A program made the position numbers and the translations under genes. The notes under the pieces were generated by a model. That model had not been told where the DNA came from. It was given only the letters and a program-made list of their open reading frames with translations, and ran no database searches. Positions 13,934-25,039 of a DNA stretch of 64,000 nucleotides are shown in pieces. Within the stretch, counting starts at the first letter, position 1, and each line of letters begins with the position of its first letter. This stretch comes from Lama glama (Eukaryota), in the NCBI GenBank assembly GCA_028534125.1, contig CM052816.1, forward strand, positions 33,730,001 through 33,794,000, given 5' to 3'.

Positions 13934-15420
13934 GTAGAAATGTGTTTGCCTCATTTAAACTGGAGTCTCTGAATCATAGCCATCAGGAACTAGTTTTAAT
14001 GGATAGCCAGACCTCTGGAAAGTCTGTTACTAGGGTCCTAGTGAATACTGGTAAGGACACTCCCCTAAATATGGCTCTGTGAGTTGGATGCACCGGAGGA
14101 AATTAGTACTTTATGTATATGTAGAGTAAATAAAAGGAGATTATGTTAACCCAGATTTGAGGGGTGTGGGCACACCTCAGCCAAGGAAAAGTATAAAAGA
14201 AGGAGTCAGGGAAGTCAGCCAAGAGAATCTCTGCACTGGTAGCCAGATCAGCAGAGCAGATTTCCTCAATCACTCATATAATTTGATTCTCTCTAAATGC
14301 AAAGAAATTGATTTCCTTACTCACCAAAGATTTCAACATCCTTGCTATATATAGCTTTTAACTAAGACAAGGCTACTGGAGAGAATGATAGTGAGAAAGC
14401 CTCTGAGTAGTCAGTTTTTCTTGCTCTGTTTACATGTCAGTCACCAGGTCTGAATGGAGATACTGTGGCTGGATATGGCAGACTGATTTTGTAATATCAG
14501 CACTTCAAATCCTCAGTAAGCCTAGTGTTGAATTAATGAGATTACAGAGGATATTGCTGCAGCCCTGGAACACTGATACTCCCCAGAGTCACAGCCACTA
14601 CTGAGGTGCTGCGACCAGAACCCACATCTGGTAGCTGCTCCCTGAACAGTCCCAACTTCTGGGACTGAGAGAGGAGAGAGATTGTCAGCATAAGGAGGTC
14701 AGACATCTTAAGGGGGAAGTTCTTTCTGTACTGAAACATTGAGCAGTGATATTTTAATTTTAAATTTTAAATTCTAAAAATATCACTGTTTAATGCTTAA
14801 ATCTTATTTAAAAATTTTTAACTATATTCTCATCTTTCTAAATTTAGAGTCTTGGCCTAATAACCCCACTGTCCTTTCCCTTTAGATGTATTTAAAGATC
14901 ACAACACTGGGCATAGATCCTGTATCTAAGTGTAAGTCTTTAAGAAGTATGATATATTCAAGTGTTTGAAGTATTGTAGGACTCATTGTAATTCCAAGGA
15001 AACTTGGATCTGATGAGGACTCATTTGAACATTGAAGGATATGGAGGAAAAATACTTGAGTTATAGGGTTGAACTAACCTAATTGCAAGGTTGTACTAAC
15101 ATTACAAAGGACCAAATAAATTTCTTAAAAGGGACTCGCCTCCTTTTGAGTGTATTATTGGAATTAGTTTTCATCTTTTTGGTAGAGAAGAAGGGCCTAT
15201 TGAGTAGATGGAAGTCACACCTTGCAAATTACATGCAAGTAGCTATCCCAAATGGGAAGATCTGGAGAAACATAGATCCATCAAAATAAAAATATGGAGC
15301 AGTTCCTGATTCGAGGGGAAGAAGGGCTCTGGTAGGGAAATTGTGGACACATAGAGGTGGGTCAGGGAGATGAGTGGGTGCTGATCCTTCCCAACAAGCT
15401 TTTGTTTGTTTTCCAGTTTG
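13934..15420 (+). mobile_element. Possible ancient Gypsy-type (MamGyp-like) LTR plus decayed internal sequence
   Basis: Begins 'tgtaga', has TATAAAAG near 14193 and a possible LTR end 'cacaaca' near 14906, followed by weak gag-like peptide fragments. Confidence 0.35.
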
Positions 15421-16469
15421 ACCATCAGACTCCCCAGTGAGACATTAACTAGGTTATTCTGCAGGAAAGTGAAGGAAGTTGCCATCCGTGGCACGTGCTT
15501 GATGTGATGTCTGTTCAAGAAGATCTCTAGATCACCCTTAATCACTAAGTGAAGACTTTCTTTCCAAGAACGATACGTTTTAATTCCCAGCAGTAGTTTG
15601 CCTTTATTTGGTGATATTAAAAGTTTATTTTCTGCTCTGCTACCATGAGGATATTTAAAGTCCCCTACAGCAAATCATGATTTGGTAAGTAGGATTTAAA
15701 CCATGCCTTAGCCTAACTCAAATATTGAATTAACATCCTCATCAGTGACATTTGGATCAGGGGTGATTCAGAAGAAATGGTGTAGATACTCTGACTTCCC
15801 TTATTTATTTTATGACTGCAGAGGAATAGACCATTAAATAGAAAACAAACTCAGGTGTTCACCCAGACATAATCTTTCTGGGAAAACTGGAATCTGGGGG
15901 CAACCAGCCTGCTGCAGACCCTTGGTAGATATTCCTATTTTCAGTTTGGTTCCCCTAATCTTCTTTCTGCCAGTGATGGCTGCTTCTTCTCTAGGCTGGC
16001 ACTACAGTTCCAGGGCTTCTGATTTTCTCAAGCTTCTATGTGAATGGGTCTGGAAATATGCAACTGTTTACCTAGCGAGAAGCAGCACAATTTACGGCAA
16101 GTCTGATAACTCTGTTCTTTGTAATTGCTGCTCATGCCAGCATGGGTAGTTGATGGAAAATAGCCATGGACTCTAATTATTGTTAATACCCAGCCACACC
16201 TTTGCAAATATTTGTGAGTGACTGTCATGTCTCTAAGGAAGTGATCAAACTATTCTACTTTAGAAATTGAAAAAAAATCATGGAAATATTTAATAATGAT
16301 AGATATGTACTGACTTCAAGTGAGACTCTTTCTTTACAAGATCAGTGGTTCTTAAATTTGTGTGATAGACACTCCCGGAGAGCCTATAAAAAGATACAAT
16401 CAATAAAATTTTGAGTGCCCAAATGTGAATCAACACTGTAGCATGAAAAAGGAAACCATGGAATAGCTT

Positions 16470-16770
16470 TGGGTTGAGAGATAACACGACTTTTGTTTAG
16501 AAGGACTGCTCTGGCAGCCATGTGGAGAATGTACAATAGGGGCAGTGTGGGAAGCAAGGATCAGTTGCAGAGTTATTGCACACAAGCCAGTTAAGGTGGA
16601 TGTTAACTTTGGATGAAGGCAGAAACAACTGACAGGGTGCGAAGTGGATAGATTCTGAATGTACTTTGATGATGGAGTCACCGGGATTTGCTGTTTGATG
16701 GGTTGTGGGATGTGAGATTAAAAATCAGACTCAAGAGTGACTCCAAGATTTTGGCTTGAGTAACTTTTCT
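16470..16770 (-). mobile_element. L2 LINE fragment
   Basis: 'aggactgctctggcagccatgtggagaatg...aagtggatagattctgaatgtactttg...gtgactccaagattttggcttgag'. Confidence 0.75.
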
Positions 16771-16889
16771 CCATTTTTTAGCAATGAGGATGGACAAATA
16801 CCAGGTAAATACGATACCCCGATTGTCTGACAGCCATGTTTATCATGATGTAGTTGAATGCATAAAAATATTTTCTACTAAAATGTACT

Positions 16890-17905
16890 TTAAAAAACCC
16901 AACAAGCAAAAACAAACAACCCAATTAAAAAATGAGCCAAAAACCTTAATATACACCACACCAAAGAAGATGTACAGATGGCAAATAAGCATATGAAAAG
17001 ATGTTCCACATCATATGTCATCAGGGAGATATAAATTAAAACAAGATACCACTATATACCTATTAGAATGGTCAAAATATGGAACAGCAAAATCTGACAA
17101 AACCAAATGCTGAGAAGGATGTGGTGTAACAGAAAGTTTCATTCATTGCTGGTGAGAATACAAAATGGTGTAGCTACTTTGGAAGACAGTTTGGCAGTTT
17201 CTTACAAATCTAAACACACTCCTACTATATGATCCAGCAGTTACGTTCTTTGGTATTTACCTCCAAAGGTTGAATACTTATGTCCACATGAAAACCTGCA
17301 TGTGAATGTTTATGGCAGATTTGTTTATAATTTCCAAAACTTAGAGGCAACCAAGATGTCCTTCAGTAGGTGAATGGATAAATTGACTGTGGTACCTCCT
17401 GACAGTGGAGTATTAGTCAGTGTTCAAAGGAAAAGAGTTGTCAAGCCACAAAAAAACATGGAGGAAGCTTACATGTTTATTACTAAGTGAATGAAGCCAA
17501 TCTGAAAGGCTGTACACTGTATGAGTCCAACTATATGACATTCTGAGAAAGACAAAACTATGGAGACAGTAAAATGATCAGTGGTTTCCAGGCAGGGGTT
17601 GGCGTGGGACAGGAGGGACAAATAGAGTACAGGGGATTTTTAGAGCATTGAAATTACTCCATATGACACGATAATGATGGATACATGTCACAATGCATTT
17701 GTCCAAATCCATAGAATCAGTATGTAGTCTAATGAAAACTACGTACTCTAGGTGATTATGATGTGTCAATGTAGGTTCATCACCTGTAACAAATTACCAC
17801 TCTGGTGGGGCATGTTAATAACAGGGAAGGCTATGCATCTGTAGAGATAGGGCACCTTTCTCAAAATTTTGCTGTGAACCTAAAACTTTTCTAAAAAATA
17901 AAACC
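16890..17905 (+). mobile_element. L1MC-type LINE-1, ORF2 end and 3' UTR
   Basis: 'caaagaagatgtacagatggcaaataagcatatgaaaagatgttccacatc', 'caaccaagatgtccttcagtaggtgaatggataaa', ending 'gctgtgaacctaaaacttttctaaaaaataaa'. Confidence 0.9.
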
Positions 17906-17909
17906 TTAA

Positions 17910-17959
17910 ACACACACACATACACATGTGTGCTCACACACACACACACACACACACAC
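17910..17959. repeat. Interrupted (CA)n microsatellite
   Basis: Directly visible after the L1 tail. Confidence 0.95.
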
Positions 17960-19509
17960 CCAACCTTACAAATCTAAGTAGATGATTCTTGAGGCACTCA
18001 GTTTTTGAGGGGTAGGAAAAAGGGAGATTTAAATGTAATTTTTCATAAGCTTCTATATAGCACAGAATCTTTGCTACTTCATACTTTGTATCAAGGCTCT
18101 GTTTCACAGTTCCAGTGATGGAGAGTTCAGTATTGGTAAGTCACCAACTACATTTTGAATAGTTTGAAATGTTTTGCCTGTGTTTCAGCAAAATTTGCTT
18201 GTTTATTATTCTGCCTCTGCACTTGAGTAAAATAAGTCTGTATTTTCTACCACATAATTACGTTTGAATTTTTGAAGAGAATTAAACCTCCTCTAAAGTT
18301 TCTCTTCTTCAGTGCCTTTGGGGGAATCACTCTTTTATATCTATGATAAACTAGGAAATTATGTCTAAGTTTTATTGAAGAGATACGTATTTTGATTTTC
18401 TAGTTTTTACTGTCTGAACATTTTCAGGTTACACTTTCAGATTGCTATGTTGACTGATTGGCAGTAGTCCAATTGTAAACATTGGCTTCAGAAACCATAT
18501 CTAACAAGCTTTGCTCATTTCATCTATAAAGGTGTTTATGAGCCAGGATAAATAAAACTTGGCTTTGAACCTGTATGAAAAGGAAGTTATGTTTATTTTC
18601 TTCTTGTGTCTTTCTTTTCCTTTTGCCTCTTCTTGCATATTTATCTTTCTTTCTTTTCTAAAATATAATAGAATTATGTGAAGCCTTAATGCCCTACTAA
18701 ACAAATATATATCCCCAGGATGAAAAAGAACTGTTCTAAATGCAGTTCTGGCTGAACTTTGTTGGTTGGGATGGATGGAAGGAAAGTCAATATGAATTTA
18801 TAGTTTGCCAAATAGGTAATGAATGAAATCTTAAGTTGCATAAACAGAAGCAGAGTGACCTGAAGCAGAAAAGTAACTGTATATTCCTAGCTTCTGGTCA
18901 GACACATCTGAAGTATGTTCACTTTGGATATGAAGATCCTTATACTGGGCAGACAGAGCAGGAACTGGAGACAGCTCAACTGTGTTTCAGCCTCTCATCA
19001 CCATCAATGGTGTCAACTCATAGATAAAAGAGTAGGCAGAAGGAAGTCTGGCAGTCTCCCTGTTTCTCCACACCTGTTTCTCAGGGGAAGCATCATAAGA
19101 ACGTGGAGAAGCAGGACAGTTGCCCTGGTCCCTCTGAGCTGCTTGCCCCAGACTTGTCCCTCACCTGCTGTTCCACTTGTTTGCTGTAGGAGTTTTGGCA
19201 TTGTCTTGGTCTAGCCATAGAAACCTATTGTCAGTTTGTTACCTTTATGTAGGGCAGGGTGTGTGTGCTTTTCAAAGACAAAACTTTTCAGATTTGAGAA
19301 AGAGTAATTTTTAGATGTCATGAACAGGAATCACGTAGAGGCCGCACTGTTGCCCTTGACAGGGACTCAGTTGAGGGTGTTCCGGCAGGGAAGGTCCTGA
19401 GGACTGGGATATGTTGTCCTGGCTGGTCAGCTGGGGAAGGGAAGGGGAAGAGAACACACGCCCCGTGGTGCATTCCAGTCCAGACAGCTCTCTAAATAGC
19501 CTTTATGTA

Positions 19510-19635
19510 TTTTTTTTTTGGTGGGGGGAGGTAATTCAGTTTGCTTATTTATTCATAGAGGAAGTGCTAGGGACTGAACCCAGGACCTCATACATGCTAA
19601 GCATGCACTCTACTGCTTGAGCTATACCCTCCCCT
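19510..19635 (-). mobile_element. tRNA-derived camelid SINE (Vic-1-like)
   Basis: Reverse strand reads 'ggggagggtatagctcaagcagtagagtgcatgcttagcatgtatgaggtcctgggttcagtccctagcac', with the poly-T tail at the left end. Confidence 0.9.
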
Positions 19636-20679
19636 CTCACATAGCTCTCATGACTGGATGTAGTTCTGACCTGACACTGGAGTAGGAACCCTCAGTTCTG
19701 AGCCTGGTTTAAGACTGTGATTTGTAGAGCTTCCCCTAGGACCCTGAAAACCAGTTCTACCTCCATGGATAAAAGAGTATCATTGTAAACTGACTCTACT
19801 TCAATAAGAAAGGGAAAAAAACAGTAGCACTGGCAATGGTATAGGGACATGGACTTATGATGGTGACTGTGCCAGCCTTTAAAAAATGGCTTAGGGTCAG
19901 CAGGAAAGATTTTTACATGTTGTTGCAGATTGAAAAACTCTGACTTGATTTGAGAAATACCATCTGAGAAAAATAAGTTGACAAAGATTGTTATAAAAAT
20001 GAAAAATTAACTTTGCTTTCCAATTTACTACGTGATATTTATGCCAGATATCTTCTCTTGGGAACGCTTGCCTGAGTCTCCTACGTTGCCAAAATAGACT
20101 TATCCAAATCCAACTCCAGTCAAATCTGCTTTCTTGCAGGGTCCCTATGTATTAGTGAGTTATTGATCATGTCTTCTTTATATGTCATTTGATGACTAGT
20201 TTTTAACGTTATTGGATTGTGGTTAAAAGAATCTTAAAGAGGGAGTAGGTGGGAGAAATGTCAGCTATGTAGTAGGCTGGGTAGGGGGGAGTATTCATTG
20301 CCACTGGGTTCATATCATGTTGTCAACTGCTTACATATCCTGAAACATTCTTTCTCTCTGCAAATCCCATTCCACACTGTTCCCTGTTTTCCCTTAGAAG
20401 AGCAACTGTCTTCTGCAGAGGGGAGAGCAATGAAAGTGAGCAAAAGCAGTGTCCTGCACCATCAGCCCTAAGCTCTCTCTAGCCTATATTTACTACTTTT
20501 TAAATACACAGTTTCTTAGAGAGGTTTATTTTGGGATAATATAAAAAAGGTTAGGAGTCCCAAACGTGTGAAGATAAAGTCTGAAGTTTTAATATTTTAT
20601 GAAAATATCTTTTGTTCTACTTTTTTATGCATTAGGTAATAAAATAAGGACCTACCTTCCCCTGAAAACGTAAATGAGT

Positions 20680-21055
20680 GTGTGGACATTCTGTACTTGC
20701 TCCCCTAGGCTCCCCAGTATGAATTTCCCTGGACCCAGTCTGTTTCCTTCCTACTCTTTTCCCTGAAAGGCTGACCCATATGGATAGCATCACTTGGACT
20801 CCATTACTCTCTGGCTTTGGCTCAGGTTTGAATGATGGGAGAGGCATGTAAGATGCATCCCATGCTGGATGAGAACCTTTCCTGACTCCGACTCTGACTG
20901 GGCTCTGGTAGTATCATTTCTTCCTTTACCCTCAGGCCTAGGAGTGGTAGCAGCTTCCCACTATAGAAAATCCCCGGGCGCCTATGTATCTGGTAATCCA
21001 AGGGATAGACTTGTAGAGTGAGCCATCTGTTTCCTGTTGGCACTCTGAAGCACAA
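20680..21055. mobile_element. ERVL LTR33-like LTR
   Basis: 'gaaaggctgacccatatggatagcatcacttggactccattactctctggctttggctcaggtttg' and end 'gtgagccatctgtttcctgttgg'. Confidence 0.65.
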
Positions 21056-21699
21056 GCTCAAGAGGAGTTTAGATAATTCTGGAACTCTTTCGTTTATTCC
21101 CCACCTATGTATTAGGCACCTACTACTTGTACTATCTTAGGTACTGATGTGATGGACAATTAGGAGGGGCATTTGTCAGAGAGGGCAACAGTCAGGCTAA
21201 CTATGTTGTAGTCCTTCATGTTCTGTTGGAGTCAGGCTTCTGACCTTGAAGGAACATTGGTCTGAGGTCCCAAGTCATCTTCTGTGCTTTAACTGAGAGA
21301 GCTGTAACTGCTGCTGAATGAGCTATTCCAGCTGTGTCTCCTTAGGCAGAGAGTTGTCCTGTCACTTGAGGTATGGTGGATATGACCATGTGTATGTTTC
21401 TGGGTGTATATGGTAGAATGAGGGAGTGAGGAACAAAGAATAATACTTTAGATTCTTTTCTTTAATACTTTCCCTTTCTATTTTGATGAGATGTCTCTGT
21501 AGACAGAATAGAAGGGACCTATGCTCATTCAGGAAACATTTGGGTCCAAAGGAGTGTGATGAGTAGGAAGTAGGTAGGTTCTGAATTATATAGATCTGAA
21601 GTGAACACTGGAACCAGTGGAGTCAGGAAAAGGGATGGAAGCAATCTCCTCCAAGGGCAGGGAATAACGAAATTTCAAAACTAACCAAAAGTTGAGCAC

Positions 21700-21880
21700 G
21701 TATCTGGGTTGAATCCCAGCTCTGCCACTTACTGATTACATGACCTCTGACACATCACTTAACCTTATCAACACCCAGCTTGTTCTTCTGTTCAATGGGG
21801 GCAATTCAATACAAATTGCAAAGTTGTTGAGACATGCCCCCGCCATTCAGTGATTGCTTAAAAATGATAGCTACTGTTAC
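21700..21880 (+). mobile_element. MIR SINE
   Basis: 'ctgggttgaatcccagctctgccacttactgattacatgacctctgacacatcacttaacc' matches the MIR core. Confidence 0.8.
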
Positions 21881-22859
21881 AGTGTATTCTCTGGCCTATC
21901 AACACAATCCCCACTGTTCCTTTCCCATCAGTACACTTTTGTACTTTCGTTTTCTGATAGCTGACATATTGTCTCCTCTGTTTGTCTTTAAGTGTTATGA
22001 AGTTGGGATTATGTCTTTTAAAGTAGTTCTGGAAGCTCTCAGCAAATTTACAAACTAGTAATGTCTGACTCTTAGCTCACTGCATTCTGCAAAGCACATG
22101 TGTTTGCTAGGCTATTAATGTTTATCTTCTAGAAAATCAGCATGCCTTTGGTGATGAGTCAAGAAGCCAAGTGCTGGATACATGCCTTTGAAATGAGGAA
22201 AGAATAAAGGTCAGATGCTGAGAATGTTGATCTGGAGTTAAATCCTGCTCATGAATGTCCTCTATAAACATGTTTTGGCCACTGGTCACTGACCTCTTCA
22301 GGGTATGATCCTGTGAGACTATTTCCCAGTCTTTAGTTCATCAGACTGTGTATTCCTCATTAGAGAAATCATACAACAATCATTTATTTACCACGTATCC
22401 TGAATCTTTAAATAATACCTAAATATCTGTACTCAAATTAGTAAAGACATCCTGACCTCAACCAGTTTTAGTCAGAGAGAAAGAAAAAGTTTATACCAAT
22501 TTTATAATACTTCGGGAGCTTTTTATTTACAGGACTATGATTTGAGACAGTAAGTTGTATTTAGTGAAGTCTTGTCTGACATTTTTCAACGAGGGCCAGA
22601 ATTGTGCCAAAAAATGTGCTTGTGCAGAATGAATTGTGAGACATACCATCTTCCTCCTGACCTCTCTCTCTGAGGCTGCACCAGTCTGCCTCATGGCTTC
22701 AGATAATTGTAGTCATTCTTTTTAGTGAAAACCAACAAGCATTTTTAAAAATGCAATTACTATTTGCTTGATGCTTCATTAACTGAGAATAATGGTCAAA
22801 ATCTAAAGAAGATTCAGCTCATATCTTCAAGGATGTTGCAATTATGATTTAAAGCATTT

Positions 22860-23270
22860 CTTGGTAATAGTCTTCATTCTTCAAGTGAATAAACCCAGCT
22901 GAAACTTGGTTAGACCAAAAAAAGAAGAAAAGAAAGTACTGGCGGATTTACATGAACAGTGGGAAGGGCAGCAGTTGTCTTGAGGCTCATAAGTTTCTCT
23001 CATCTGTTTCTGTTTGTCTCTCAGTTGAAATCACTCTTGGACAGCTTCTTCCTTGTGTCTGGAAGTGTCGCCATCAGTCACATACAGACTTATTACCAAA
23101 GAGGATAAAGATATTTTCTTTAGTTCCAATTTTTAAAAGTCACAAGACTCTGATGGAACTAGTTTCTCTCACACGGCTGTGGGGGTATGGGATAAAAGCC
23201 TCTCACTGAAATTGCTGAGTTGGAATGTTAGAGAAGTTCCTCAAAACAGGGGGAGTGATGCTGCCATCTG
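22860..23270 (-). mobile_element. Old MaLR LTR (MLT1-like) fragment
   Basis: 'caagtgaataaacccagctgaaacttggttagacc...tactggcggatttacatgaac' resembles a reversed MLT1 3' end. Confidence 0.5.
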
Positions 23271-24903
23271 GGGACTGACACCAGCTTATTCTAAACCCCG
23301 ACGAATTATTACTTTTTGTCAGGTGTTTGGAGAATGATTAAGGCAGACAATGAGGCTAACAGAGAAAATATACAGAGTATATTAGCTGTTAGCTAATTTA
23401 CTAACTTGAAACACCATCAAAGGCCAAGATGTCTGAAGAGCAGACTGCTTTCTCTCCTAATTTCCTTTAATAATTGAACTCTATGTACTGATTAGGAAGA
23501 GATTTTTAAGGTCTGTATTAATTTTATATGCAAAGTGCCTCACCTGGTAACGGTAACACAGTATCCCAGTGTACCTGCCCACCTACAGCCTTTGTTAATT
23601 AAAAAACAAACAAAAAACAAGAACTGGCATCATGATTCATTTTTAATAATGTATAGTTAAGGAAATGGCTTTAAAACCACCTGAACATTACTCTTATCAT
23701 AAACTGCAAACTTCTGTAATTTCAGGTAGAATGTGCCTCCTTTTAGCAAAATTATCTTTTTGAATCCAATGAGTGTGTTGTTTGTATGTCATTGCTCCAT
23801 CTGTCCAGGGACACTGGGAGGCACAGGAAGCGCACTGAATAGGGAGCACTGTGGCCGAGCCCAGTGTTGTCTGGCATTGCTTCCTCCTCACTCAGTGGTA
23901 CTGACATGCTTCTGACTTCTTTCCACCTTAGTTTACTCAACTGTAAACCAACCATCTCTATAGTATGTTTTTAGCCAGTTTATGCTAAGGGTCTGAGATA
24001 AAGAAAATTCTTCTTTCTGGTTCCTTGGACAGCTGTATATCGTTTGTTTGTTCTTGTTTTTTTTTTTCCTAAGAATCTTGGCACTTGCTTGTCCCACCTT
24101 CTAAAAGACCTATGATAAGGAATAGAAATGAGGAATTGTTCTTCTTTCTGTCAGCTAGCTTAAGGGAGGACAAAGCACTTATTCAAGCAAAGGTCATGAA
24201 CCTTCCTGTCCTTGCAAAGACCTGCCTTGCAAAAAGCCAGCTCTCACTTGTCTAGGAAGAATGACATCATTAGGTGATCAGAACAGTGATACTAAATCAG
24301 TGCCTGTATTAGCATCTTTCAGAGTACCTTGAAATGGCCCCTGCTCAACAGAGAAGTATTATGTGGCAAACATACAAAAAGCTTGGAGGAAGAGAATCTT
24401 CCTTCTTGATACACTCATTCTGCAATATTTGTGGTGTGAAATGATGAGCTAGGTGCAAGAACACACAAGACATAAGATTTTGCCCTTGAGATTGCTGTTT
24501 AATTGAAAAGATGAGATAAATTTGTAAAAGTAAAACTGAGTAAATTAAGAATACAAAAGATGTACTAATACTGCATATGACTGAGTGAGACTTGAGTGGT
24601 TCAGATATTTAGTGAGTAGGAAGAAGAAATCAACGTGAGTTGGCCAACAATAGCTCATACTTAGCAGATACTTTTGACAATGAATAAAAAATTTGACCTT
24701 CTAACTTGCAAATTAGATAGAACATTGATGGGCATAATTAATTGTAGGATACAAATAATAAAAGTTGCTATTCATTGAGTGTCTATTAGATGTTAGGCAT
24801 TTTTCATTTATTAACTGTAATTGTGTGGATAATTCCATCTTTCACTGGTGGGGCAGAGGGGCAATAGCTAACATGGCGTGTTAACCAGAGCTCCCAGTAC
24901 ATC

Positions 24904-24971
24904 ATTATCATCATCATAAATTAACATACTTATTATCATCATCATAAATTAACATACTTATTATCATCATC
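24904..24971. repeat. Perfect 28-bp tandem repeat, about 2.4 copies
   Basis: Unit attatcatcatcataaattaacatactt at 24904-24931 and 24932-24959, partial copy at 24960-24971. Confidence 0.95.
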
Positions 24972-25039
24972 CTCCAGATACTATTACAGAGATACAGACA
25001 AGTTAGGGAGATATTTAAAAAGATAAATATGTCAAGTAT

